Positions 26,198 to 38,585 of a DNA stretch of 64,000 nt are shown here, in pieces. Source of the stretch: Callorhinchus milii (lineage: Eukaryota); NCBI RefSeq assembly GCF_018977255.1, contig NW_024704742.1, positions 78,432,001-78,496,000 on the forward strand, in the 5' to 3' direction. Each line of letters opens with the position of its first letter. Positions within the stretch are counted from its first letter, which is position 1. The translations under genes and the position numbers were made by a program. The notes below the pieces were generated by a model, which did not search any database, was not told the DNA's origin, and was given only the letters and a program-made list of their open reading frames with translations.

Positions 26198-27260
26198 AAC
26201 AATAACAACTTGCACTTATATAGCGTCCTCCACGCAGGGTAGCATCTCAGAATGCTTAACAGTGCAGAGCCTGACTCTGAGCGGATGGGGGGGGGAGGAG
26301 GTGGCTGTAAGCACGATTGAAGAGGAAGATTTTCAAGCGGGACTTGAAAAAGGGGAGAGGTGGAGGGATTGAGGGAGAGTGTTCCAGAGTTTTGGGGCAT
26401 AGTGACTGAAAGCACAACCTCTGATGGGGGGGAGGAGGTTGCGAGGGATGAGCAGGAGGCCGGTGCCAGTTTAGCGGAGTTGCCAGGTGGTGGAGTGAGG
26501 ATTGAGGAGGTCGGAGAGGTAGGGAGGTGCCAGGGAGTGAATGGATTTGAACACGAGTATGAGGATCTTGAAGTCGACCCGTTCGGTGATGGAGAGCCAG
26601 TGAAGTCTTGCCAGAACTGGTGAGATTGGGTACATAGTTTGTTCCGGGTCAGTATGTGGGCAGTAGAGTTCTGAATGAGCTGGAACTTTTACAGTGGAGC
26701 TGGAAAGACCAGCAAGGAGTGCGTTTGACAAACGCAAGCACAAGAGTTTCGGCTGCATTTGGGGTAAGGTATGGTCGGAGGTGGGCAATGTGGCAGCGGT
26801 GGAAGAAGGTGGTCCTGGTCAGGGACCGGATTTTATGATTCGGTGAGTCTGAGGGAGAGCCCAAGGTGGTTGAGGAGTTCAGATCCACAGGAGTATCGCT
26901 TCTGTCTTGTCCACATTCAGCTGCAGGAAGTTTGCGCTTATCCAGGCCCTGATGTCTGCCAGACAAGCTGATAGAACATCGGCGGACCTGGAGTTGGTGC
27001 TGGAGGAGGCAAAGTAGATTTGTGTGTCACCAAGAGGGAGCATATAGATAAGAAAAAGAAGAGAGCCAAGGATGGACCCCTGGGGTACCCCGCAGGTGAC
27101 CGAGCGGGTGTTCGCCGAGATTAAATGGAGGCAGTTGGTTAAGCAGGACTTGAACCATGCGAGTGCGATCCCACTAAGTTAGATGAGGGAGGAGAGGTGG
27201 TGGAGGAGGATGGCATGGTCGATTATGTCGCACGTGGCAAAGAGGATGAGGAAACACAAG
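26198..27260 (-). mobile_element. L2 LINE fragment (family B tail)
   Basis: RLHWLSITERVDFKILILVFK; tail gagatgctaccctgcgtggagg. Confidence 0.88.
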
Positions 27261-27708
27261 AAGTTGTGATTTGGTAAATGCTTTCCTCCTGACAACTGGG
27301 ATCAAGTTGCAGTAAAACAGAACCTTCCCTTAGGTGATTAAATTAATTGAGTGGAGTTCATATGAGGAAATGTTGTACATGAGCTTGTAGATTGGCTCTT
27401 TCTCAATTCATGTTGTCTCGTGCTCTCTTACGTATTTAGGGTATTTGGTTATTTTTATTAAATGCTTGATCTCAGTGTTCCAATCAGCATTATCTACAAA
27501 ATACATAGTCACTACATTTTACAGTAAAATCCTGTGAAGTGCTTTGAGACATTTCAACAATCTAATAAGTTGCTATATCAATTGTAAGGATTATTGTTAT
27601 CATTATGGTGTTCACCTGCAAAGTACAGAGTCACTCCACTTTACAATAGATCCTGTGAAGTGTGTTGAGATGTACTCTTGACTTGAAAGGCGATACACCA
27701 AACACAAG

Positions 27709-28034
27709 GTGGAGTTCTGTAGCTCCGTGGTTAGAGCACTCGCTTTGCAAGCGAGAAACCTGAGTTCAATTCCAGGCAGAGGGCGAAACCTTGGGCAAGT
27801 TTCCTTACTCCACACAGAGCCTAATAATAATCCCTCCAAAACAAAAAACAATAATAAATTGGTCATTTTCAATCTACGAGTGTTTGTGGGACATTGCTGT
27901 GTGCAATTGGCTGCTGCGTTCGCCCACAAATATACAGTCAATTCACTTTACAGTGTGTTCTGTGAAGCGCTTTGGGACGTCCTCCCGACGTGAAAAGCGC
28001 TATAGCAAATGCAAGGATTATTATTATTATTATT
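27709..28034 (+). mobile_element. tRNA-derived SINE, young subfamily
   Basis: Near-identical to other copies. Confidence 0.93.
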
Positions 28035-29212
28035 AAGGATTATTAATATTTAGTGTTGACGTATTTCTTTTAATTGTTAACCCACTTTTTTCTGGTGGAT
28101 TATTGCCCTCAAATCCAACCCCACATTTTATTTTTCAGTACTAAACATAATGACCAGAACTTTCTCATGCTCTCAGCCTTTAGAACATTGCTTTAAAGTT
28201 TAAGATCATGTAGAATATTGGACAATTCTTAATTTCAGTCTGAATTTGGGATCTGTTTTTCTACATATCTTTTCATGACTAGGTACACATCAACACTGAC
28301 CAGTTTCTTTTCATTTTCCTCAACCACATTAATGTAATAATCATGTCTGGCTAACAACAAAGATAACAATGATCATGATTAGTAAAAGTTTTATGTGTGA
28401 CTTGTGCAAGAAAATATAATAGTAGCATTTCAGAGTTACAACTTGGTTGCATGGTATCTCTGCAATAAATATTTGGAAACATATTGAAAAAGTTAGCTCT
28501 TAATCTGTTGGACATTCAGGACGCTCATTGTTAAAGACAAGAATAATTTTTAATCGTCAACTGGATGTCTGACTCTTGAGGAAACCCATTACCAATTTAA
28601 GAGACCTGCTGTTGACATCAATAATCTCTGAGTGAAAAATAATCACCGGTAAGTAATTGCCTGCTTAACCTGGGTGTATAGTTTGGTACAGCACTGATTG
28701 ATGAACCAGTTGGGGATTACAGGCTTGTGGTGCTTTCTAACAAAATTTATATGGAGAATCTCTCCTGTAAACTTCCAGTATATTCGTCAGATACAAATAT
28801 TTGGGTAGAAACTGTGTGATTATGTGTTTTCTGTGGTACAGTTGCTTCCAACTCCGCAGTTGAAAGAAATTACCTCAATTTCAGACAACAAAGAACAGCA
28901 GTGACAGAATACTTTCAAAGGGCTGATCATTATAACAATGATATGATACTGGGAGGATTAGAATGGTACATATGTAGCTGTGAGTGCATTGGGGTTACAT
29001 TGAGCTACGTGTAACATTGGATATGCAGTATTTACAATGACAGCATTATTTCCTGGTCGCCAACTATAATTATCTTTCCACATCCTAACTGTTATTTTTT
29101 CAGTGATTTTGTCATTCTGTATCAGCTGCTGTGTGCAGCATCCCACCCATCATTATTATTTGTTGCCAGAAGAAATAAGTTGACTGTAAAAAGAGGCCAG
29201 AACACTTGAATC

Positions 29213-29597
29213 TTAATAATAATAATAATCCTGGCAATTGATATAAGCGGCTTGTCAACTTGTCGAGACATCTCAAAGTGCTTCACAGAACATACTGCAA
29301 AATGAATTGACTGTACATTTTGTGGACAAAAAGCGGTAGCCACTTGCGCACAGCAGTGCCCCACAAACAGTCGTGGATTGAGTGACCAAATAATAATTAT
29401 TATTTCATTTATTTTGAAGGGATTATTACCCCAGGAAAAGTGATCTGCTAATTGACTAAAAAACAGGTTCCTACTTACTGCTAGGTAAACGGAGGCTTGT
29501 GGAGTAAAGAAACTTGCCTATATTTTCACTTTACCAACGAATCGAACCCAGGTCCTCTCGCTTGCGAGGCGAGTGCTCTAACCAATATGCTACAGGA
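29213..29597 (-). mobile_element. tRNA-derived SINE, older long subfamily with an extra ~65-bp internal segment
   Basis: Same head and tail plus ccccaggaaaagtgatctgcta...ctaggtaaac. Confidence 0.88.
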
Positions 29598-29765
29598 TGC
29601 TACCTGTCCATCTTTAAGAAAGAGCTTGGTGATATAATGGGAAGATGATATAATATGTATTCTGGAAAGGTGAGATCAAAGAGGCAAAGAGAATTCTTCG
29701 TCCTAACCCTAACATGGTCTTGCAATCCTAAATACTGTGGTGGAACTATTTCACTCACTAGACCT

Positions 29766-29785
29766 GTACTGCCACCTAGTGTTTC
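29766..29785 (-). promoter_or_regulatory. CTCF-like core motif (ACACTAGGTGGCAGT)
   Basis: Close match to CTCF consensus CCASYAGRKGGCRS, located between the two genes. Confidence 0.45.
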
Positions 29786-29834
29786 ATTCTAGTTTTGCAT
29801 AATTTACTTGCATTGTTGAAAGCTGTTTAACTGG

Positions 29835-30155
29835 TAATAATAATCCTTGCATTTGATATAGCTCTTTTCACGTCTTATAGACGTCTCAAAGGGCTTCACA
29901 GAATATGTTGTAATGTGAATTTACTGTGCATTTGTGGGCGAAGCTCGGCAGCCAATTGCACACAGCAGTGTCTCACAAACAGTCGTGGATTGAAGTGACC
30001 AATTTTTAAATATTTTTTGTTTGTTTTTTCTTGATGGATTATTATTAGGCGTGTGGAGTAAGGAAACTTGCTCAACATTTCACCCTGCCAGGAAATAAAC
30101 CCAGGTCTCTTGCTTGCAAGGCGAGTCCTCTAACCACTGAGCTACAGAACTCCAC
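29835..30155 (-). mobile_element. tRNA-derived SINE
   Basis: Reverse complement of the family consensus, moderately diverged. Confidence 0.9.
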
Positions 30156-30296
30156 AATGACAGCTGGTGTATATTAGCATCACAGAATTTATATATCAGA
30201 ACAAATTATGAAAAATTATTTCAAAGTATGACTTGATTTTGATAATTTCCTTCTAAAGAACAGATGTTTCATCAGACTAATTACTTTACAAAGTGT

Positions 30297-30835
30297 CAGC
30301 TTAGTTAGCAGCACTCTCGCCTTTGAATGTTTGTGAGTTTGAGGCCCACTTTGGGACTTTGAGCTTAAAATGTAGGCTGATAAAGTGCAAAATCGCTCTA
30401 AAATGAAGCTGAACTTGATTACTAAAGATCCTGGTGTTCATCACCGCAAATAATTAGGAGCCGGTGAATAGTTATAATGTTCTTAAGTCAATGCTCTGTG
30501 AGTGTTAGGGGAGCGTTATATTGTTAGAGGTGATGTCCTTTGGTTGAGATATCAAACCAAATAGGTCCCATCTGCATGCTTAGGTAGATGTGAAAGATTC
30601 TATAGCACTATTCAAAAAAGAGAACGGTGTTTCTCCTAGTATCTTGGATAGCTAACTTCCAAATAAAATGTCAACACACTACATGGATGTTTGTAGGACA
30701 CTGCTGATCATAAATTGACCTCTGTGTTTGCCTACAAATACACAGTTACTAGTCTTTACAGAAAAACTCTGTGACGCACTTTGAGACTTTTTGATGATGT
30801 GATAAGGCACTACGTCAAAATGCAGGATTATTATA
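30297..30835 (+). mobile_element. Old Deu-domain SINE interrupted by a ~132-bp inverted local duplication
   Basis: Head gcagcactctcgcctttgaa, Deu domain and tail recognisable on both sides of the insert. Confidence 0.7.
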
Positions 30836-33800
30836 TTTATTATTATAATAAGCAAGTAAAAGGTTGTAAATAGTCCTTTATCTTAGCTAAAATGGAATAG
30901 AGAATTGGGAGCTCCCCACCTATTTGTTTGATATAGGTAGGTTTGACCCCAAAAGCTGCCGAAACCCTTGTCCGTGCACAAAATTCAGCTCATTCAAAAC
31001 TCCGCCGCCTGCATTCTCTCCTGCACTAAACTCCACACCCCAATTAACTAGTCCTTGCCAAACTCCACTGACCCCCTGTTACAGAATGAATCGTATTCAA
31101 GATCCTCACTCTAATGTTTAAATCCCTACATTCCTTGGTAGCCCCCCCATCTCTCTAACCTCTAACCTCCTCTCTCCCCAGAAAATAAAATTTTACAAAT
31201 TAAAACTAACTTTAAGAATATCTACAGTTAAGTGTGATCTTCAATTTGAAACCAAAATGGTCTTCCAGGCTAAAGACCAAGTGAAATTTAAGGCCCAAGA
31301 GCTGGGTGTTTTCCACCTACCCAACCACATGACCATCATAGTTCGACATAGCCAAGAAGCAGCACAGGTACATTTACAACAGGGCATGTTAATATTTCTG
31401 AGGACTCACAGGTGGAGGCGTGAAGCAGTGTGGTGAAGAAAGGATAGCAATGGTGGAGGGTGGGTGGTGGCTGGGGTGGAGAGAGGTAGCTGGTACAAGG
31501 TGAGTGCATGCATGCAGCAGGTGAGCTACTTGGTGTGCTTGTAAAATGGAATTTATTCATACATTCTGACTTACAGTTGGTGAAAATTTAATTGCAATGT
31601 TCACAGCCATTGATTTGCAAATCCCAAGTGGGCAAAGTTTTAGAATTTTGGCAGCTCACGATTCACGATTGACTGGTGTGAATTCCAACAGAGACTTTGA
31701 AATCTAATATTGCACTTGCCAGTCATTTCAGTTAGCAGGTTAGCTTTGTAAAAGCGATCTCTAATTATCGCTATCAACGGGTGGTTCTGACTGACTGTCT
31801 TCATCATAATGCTATCCAGCTTAGCACTCACAGAGCATTGACTTGAGAACATATTAACTATTCATGGACTCCTGATTATTTGCAGTGTTGAACACAGGGA
31901 TCTTTAGTAATGAAGTTCAGCTTCATTTAAGAGAGATGTTTCCCTTTATCAGTCACTGCCAAATAATTACCCTCAGGTCTTCTCTAACGGAAGCAAAGAG
32001 AAAAGCACATCAAATAAACCTCCATTGTTAAATTACTTCCACGTTTGTCTCTTCGCTTGAATGATTATTGCTACATCATAACAATGGATTTAATGCTGTG
32101 CCTTTGCCACTGACAGTCATTAATTAATATATAGCTGTGCATATTGCATACTCATCAAGTTGAGGGATGATAGAGCTGGAGAACTGAAGATATTGGTTCA
32201 ACTAGCGACAACATCAATCTTTGCTAGATCTTGAGTGCCAATACTAGATAAAAAACAGGATGGCCATATATCAGCCGAGGGCAGACAGCAGTCATGTTTT
32301 CAGAAGAGCATTCCCTGCTAATATGAGCACCTTTTTGTGTCAGGCTGCCTCAGTTGATTGCACTCTTGCCTCAGAGTCATAAAGTTGTGAGTTCAAAACC
32401 CATGTTAGAATTTGAAACTCATATCATTTAAGCTGACATTCCATTGCAATGCTGGGTGAGCTCTGCAGGACACTACCTTGTGTGAAAGGCGCTGTAGAAC
32501 TGCAAGTTGTTGTTGTTGCATTGGTGGAGGTGCCATCCTTTGGATGAGATCTTCTGCGTTCGGACCTTCAGCCTTCAGACCAGACTCCCTGCCCCCACTT
32601 TCTGGAACTCTATCCTGGAATCCTTCAACATGCCCCTTCCCTAGTTTCCTTCAAGATCCAATGTCAAGATCTTCCTTCTTGTCCACACTCTTGGTCAACT
32701 TCCCGGCCCCACCATCTGCAACACCCCCACCCAGCTTTTTGTCCCCCATTCAGTGCATTTCATGTAAAACAATGCTTCAAAGCTCTTAAATTAGCCCAGC
32801 TTCAAACATCCATCCTGGTAATCCATTTCAGCCATTAGCTGTCATATGCATAAAATTAATATTTGCTGCTGGCTGTCCTAAAATTGCCCTTCACAATCCT
32901 GAATCGATTTCTTGCCAAATCTGAAAGTATAACAATGGGCTAATATTCTCCATCTGGTAAAGTATTTTTTGGCTTTGTGAAGCTCTTTGAGATGTCCTCC
33001 CAACATAAAAGGTGCTATAAAAAGTTAAAATTGTTGTTCTTCTTTTATAAGCAAAAGCTCTTCTAAATGATAATATGAAATGACCCTTCTGCCAGAACCA
33101 ATTCAAATCAGTTTTCATTGGCCCATTGTGAAGCAGCTTCCTTTAATTCTAAGTTCCTTGTAGGAAGGTGTTCATGTCTCACTCCTTTTAGTTCTGGATG
33201 ATCCGATGCACGCCCTCAACAAAATAATGCACTCCAAACATATAATAAAAGAATGTATTTTCAAGATGAGTGCCAAAATTATGCTACAGTAAGTGGTTCA
33301 GCTCAAAAACAGACGTGATAATTATGCAGATTAGTTAGCTTCTTTAATACACTCCCTGTAATTTATTGTTTGATTGTGCAAATATGTACATGTTACAAGA
33401 TATTGCAACAACATTTTATAATATTGTATTGGGCAGGGATGTGTGTTTCTCAGCATTGCAAACATATGGGAGTTCATATTTAAGCAAAAGGTTTGAAATA
33501 ACCAAAACTGATCATTGTGGCAATTGCCGGTCATAAATCGAAATTTTAAATACATTTAAAATTGTTACAAACAACAAGAAAACATTCAGGAGAATTTGGG
33601 TTATATAGAGGGTTATTAATGCCTACCAAAAATAATGGTTGAAGTTGAATCCATAATAACGTTTTAAAAGGAACAAAAATATATGGGGATGGAAAAAGGT
33701 CAGAGAGTGGGTTACATTGAATAGCTCTTTCAAAGAGCCATAACAGGCACAATGTGCTTAATAGGTTTCCTTCTGTGCTGTGAATATTCTACCTATCTGG

Positions 33801-34066
33801 AAAAAAAACAGAGGAAACTTATGAACAAATGCAGCAGAACTCATTTTAACACTAACCCTGGATAAAGAAGTTTCAAAATGGAAATAAAAATCAGCTGCAA
33901 TTCAGCAATGTATCCCTGGAGGGCATATTACATTTATCATTGTTTTAAGCTTTCACAGAAAGCAGATATAATCCAAAAGCATTATCTTCTAATTTACTCT
34001 AAATTGTTGTCAAATAACCAACAAAGCAACATTCAGAGACTGTTGTAAGTTTTGGGTTCCTTACAA

Positions 34067-34428
34067 TGTAATACAGCGAGAATGACAAGCAGAATTTTCA
34101 AATTAATATTAGCACTTTATTCAATCAAAGTGACAGTTTCGAGCAGTTACACTATACATACAACCAAGACATATAGTATGGATTCAAGGGTGATCATGTC
34201 CTTCCTCTGGAGAGATTGTAAGCACTTAGCAGGCGTCGATCACATGTTGACAGATGATCTTTATTAGACAATGGTGGTGTCTTGCTCTCCTACTGATGTG
34301 TTAGGTTTGCTATTTTTATAGTATATTCGCATACCAGTCCCTGACCAGGTCTTGTTTTTCTCACACAAAGCACGCATGGCCAGTTATCTCTGCTTTACCC
34401 GTTGTACTTGAAGGTGAACCCTTTTACA
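34067..34428 (-). mobile_element. Putative solo LTR (related copy at 21855-22215)
   Basis: TGTA...TACA ends; TATAAAA then AATAAA on the minus strand; homology to the 21855 copy (gattcaagggtgatca). Confidence 0.45.
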
Positions 34429-34799
34429 TTTTTTCAGACCTCATCAAGCATCAATGTTTTTAAATCCTCTTATCAAAAGCCCCTCGCTCACCCTGCCTCT
34501 AGGAGCCAGATGTGCCTTGTAAAATAACATTCTTCTTTCTCAAGGATGAACAACACACAGGCTGCAAATCAACTTCTGCAAGGTCTCTCTCTCTGTCAAT
34601 TCTTTCTCACAAATAACTGCTTGAAATGAGCAACGAGGTGGCTGTAGCTTTTAGTCAGGAAAAGTTATGTGTGAGCACACAGCGTCCATGGCCAGAGGCC
34701 AGCTTCCAGTTAATTGCTGACCAGAGTTGCATAGCTAATACTTGTTTCTTCACTGGATTTGAATTAGAATCCAAGTAGCATTCAATCCTGATCTGCAGC

Positions 34800-35130
34800 T
34801 TACAGAAGGAGGAGTTGGGGAGGCTGACAAGCAAGGGTTTTGGCCACCTGCGGTGTGAGACAGTGGTGGAGATGGGCCATGTTGCGTAAGTTGGGGAAGG
34901 CAGAGCGGGTCATGGCACAGATGTGGGGTAGAAAGGATAGTTGAGGGTCAAACAAGACCCCAAGGTTCCGGACTGGCTCAGTGAGGTGGAGTGTGTATCC
35001 ATGGACGGTGATGGTGTCAGCGCATGAGGTGAGGAGGCGCTGACGGGAACCAATCAGGAGAGCCTCGGTCTTGTTGATGTTCAACTGAAGAAAGTTAGCT
35101 CTCATCCAGGACTTGATGTCTGACAGGTCA
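34800..35130 (-). mobile_element. L2 LINE ORF2 fragment
   Basis: LSDIKSWMRANFLQLNINKTEALLIG. Confidence 0.88.
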
Positions 35131-37201
35131 TGCTCAACATTTACAATCAATTCACTTTACATACATTCTGTGAAGCGATTCGACGTTTGAATGACATGAT
35201 AAGGCGCTATATCAAATACAAAGATTATTAATAACACTTCAACATTTAAACCTTTGATTCAGCTTTGAAGGAGGGGGAATCCACTTACAATACTTGTGAG
35301 CCACCACCTTACCCATGGTAGTTTTGCGAGTGTAAACTAATTGAAATAATGCTTAAATTGCGAACGTTAACCTATTTTGTTGCTTGGATAGTTGAAATCA
35401 CGCAAGCAATTGAAACAGCATTTATTAACAAGCTGCCCTTTAGTCATGTGAGTATGAGAATACATGCAATGTGTGAGTGCATGCGTGGTTGCATACGTGT
35501 GTGAGTGCAGCCATCAGTTATTTGAGTTTATAAAGTATGATCAAATAGAATTTTTTTTAGAGACAAGAAGGCAATTTGGCCTAATGTTTAAATCATTGGG
35601 AAATTGTGCTACAGCTAACACATTGTCACACTCAAATCATGTTGTTGCAAAAAAAGAAATAAAATCAGTTATCCTTCCAAACTGACTTTTATTTCATTAC
35701 TAGGCAAAGCATGATGCCAACTATGAATGTGAATGTCTTCTTCTCAGAAGCAATGACATGTCTACAAGGTTGTTTTTATGTTTATGTTTTTATGTCATGT
35801 TTATAATGGGGTGCACCAGGTTAGTGAAACAAAGGTAGATATTGGATGAGAGCAAGCAGAGTTCCTTAACTTTCTACTTTTATTTAGAGCACAGAAGGGC
35901 ATCTGGACCATTGTACCTGTGCTGAATTTCTGAAAGAGCAATCTGTTAGATCCAATTTCCTGCTTTCTCGCCCCAAGCAGCTTTATATTCCTCCTTTTCA
36001 GATATTTACCTAAGCCCTTCTTAAAAGCTAATATGATCTGCCTTACCCAATGGCTCTGGGGAAAAGCATTCAATATCTGAACACCTTGTCAAAAGAATCT
36101 CCTAACCTTGCCTTTTACTCATTCGTTAGAGATATAAGTTGGAGCTCACTGTAGCGTGATTAAGTTTTGATGCATTTCATTTGTTCATTGTGGTGCACAA
36201 AATATTATGAACTTGCAAGGATCCCTTTAAAAAAAAACGCTGATCCCCAGACTGGTTATGTTGTGAGGAGAAAACAGCAGACAGACTTGAGTATGTTAAA
36301 GAGGATTGTTTATTGTGCAGAAGCACATTGCTGTACAAAGTAGTGGAGTTCAAAGGTTTGGGGGCAATGTTCAAAGGTTCATGCAAATGTGTTGAGTATA
36401 GCTACACACCAACATTAAAACATACTACACAGTGTAACTACTGTATGCGTGCAGAGACATTACTCCCTGAACCTTCAACCTGCAATTGGACCTTTCCTGC
36501 AGTGGAAGGGGAAGAACAGTAACAACAGGTAGGTGAAGAATAAAAATAGACCTGATGTTCCTCCCATTGTCATTCTCCTAATGGTGCACTGATATGTAAG
36601 CGATAAACAATAATAACACAGTATTGTGATTGTCACGAGCTGGTTGAGAACTACCACACAGAGTGATAATGTAAAACTGAGACATTGCCAGTTTAATTTT
36701 ACTGCAGTTCTTCCAATATATTAACCATTATTCATGGACAACTGATACAGTGAGCAAATTAGGCATCTTTACTCAGCAATCCTTCCATGTGTCGTTGAAG
36801 CTCTGTTGGCATTTTTAATATAAAGCCATACAAAATTCTGTTCCTGCAAAAAATTTTGATACCTTATTGTTTCTTTGTTGAAATATATTCATGAGGTTCA
36901 TGAAACAAATGTGTATGTGTCTCAATTCCAGGAAAATCACATTAGTGTCCAATTATCATCCTCTGATCTACCCTCTGCTTTTTCAGTTGTTGCATAAGTC
37001 ACTAATCATCGAAAAGATAGCAATGCAATTAAATGGCATCAAATTCATGTATAAACAAGCATTACACAGAACACAAACTGTTCGGAATTTGCAGTGCAGT
37101 ACATATTCCATGCTTTTACATGCCGGTATTTGATTCAAAATTAAATCTGCACATTAAGATTAAAATGTACATAAATAGGTGCAGTAAGTATGAATTTAAG
37201 T

Positions 37202-37562
37202 GTGCTGACTTGACTCCCAAATGATACTTGGCAAAGCATCTTCTTTCTATAAAATAGAGTTAAATCTAATAGCAAGAGACATATTCGCAGAGCAGTTCCA
37301 AAAACATCTATGAGCCATATTCCGAGATTAATTGTGATCATTTTCATTGGGTTTTATTATAATACTCAACCACATTCGAAGTGCTGCCTTGGCTCCCAAA
37401 TGATACTTGGCAAAGCATCTTTCTTCTATAAAATAGAATTCAATCTAATAGCAAGTGACGTATTTGCAAACCAGCTCCAAAAACATGTATGAGCCACATT
37501 TTGAGATTAATTGTGATCATTTTCATTGGGTTTTATTATAATACTCGACCACATTCGAAGTG
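37202..37562. repeat. 179-bp tandem duplication spanning the chrnb3 stop codon
   Basis: ctcccaaatgatacttggcaaagcatc recurs at 37214 and 37393; ttaattgtgatcattttcattgggttttattataatactc recurs at 37328 and 37507. Confidence 0.95.
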
Positions 37563-37665
37563 ATGGAGCAAAGATCATTGCCGATCCTAGAATAGCCACC
37601 AGCAAAAAGAGCCATAAGAAAATCCGATCCAGAACCTGGGCTACAAACTTCCAGTCTTCCACAAC
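37507..37665 (-). CDS. chrnb3: chrnb3 exon 6 ([18 protein letters not shown]...M4, stop TAA)
   Basis: tctctatccag acceptor, [15 protein letters not shown] motif, M4 helix, stop at 37507-37509. Confidence 0.96.
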   Translation of the reverse strand, partial: VVEDWKFVAQVLDRIFLWLFLLVAILGSAMIFAPSLRMWSSIIIKPNENDHN

Positions 37666-37854
37666 CTGGATAGAGAGAGAAATTGTTAAAACAAAACTTA
37701 ATCCAATGATTTGATTTGTACGAAACTTGAAATGGAAACAAAAGACAGATAGGAAGACAGCAAGCAATGACAGGTTATAGAGGTGAGCAGATGAACAGAT
37801 CAGTAGATGAATGAATTGGTGTTGAGGGCAAGAATGCAAAGGGAGAGTGGTGAG

Positions 37855-38585
37855 CTGGGCCAATAGATAAGTGCAGTCGCGATTTTTCCACCTCATCCAC
37901 TAAAAACGACACCCTCCACTAAAAACCTGTAAAAAAATAAAGTTTCCTCGCCCTGGGCCTCTGCGGCTGCTGCTGGCTGTTTGCACGACGACGCTCCTGT
38001 GGGTGGAGAGGTTCTGGACCTGCGTGCGAAGTGTGAGCGCGAAATAGGTTTTGCTCACCCCGAAGTCCCGCTGTTGAGATTGTCTGTGTATCTCTCTTTC
38101 CTTTGTATGTACGTGAGTGTGTGTTTCTCTATGTCTATGAGTGTGTGTCTGTGTGTGCGTGTGTCTCTCTATGTCTGTGTGCGTGTGTGTGTCTCTGTGT
38201 ATGTGTGTCTCTCTGTCTATGTATGTTTGTCTGTGTGTGTGCGCGTGTGTGTCTCTCTGCCTATGTATGTTTGTCTGTGTGTTTGAGTCTGTGGCTCTGT
38301 GTGTGTGTGTGTGTGTGTGTGCGGTGGTGGCTCCCAAGAGGCAGGAGGTGGTGATCTCCTGGAGCTCTACAGTCAGGAGGGAGCAATGCTTGTGTTTAGT
38401 GGATCTCCAGGCCTTGAAATGTAGTGTGGCGTGGAGACGGACCATTCATCCCTAATGGCCTGTGCTGTAGGTTGGCAGTAAAATATACCTAAAAGACACC
38501 TATCAACCCCCACAATTCTCCGCAAAATTTGTCAAATTTCCCCGCTCTTTTTGGCAAATATTTGCACAATTTTCTATTGACCCTG
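37855..38585. mobile_element. Non-autonomous hAT-like DNA transposon (731 bp) in chrnb3 intron 5
   Basis: 13-bp imperfect TIRs CTGGGCCAATAGA / TCTATTGACCCTG; 8-bp TSD GTGGTGAG (37847-37854) / GTGATGAG (38586-38593). Confidence 0.75.
38083..38321. repeat. (TG/TC)n compound microsatellite inside the MITE
   Basis: Directly visible. Confidence 0.9.
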
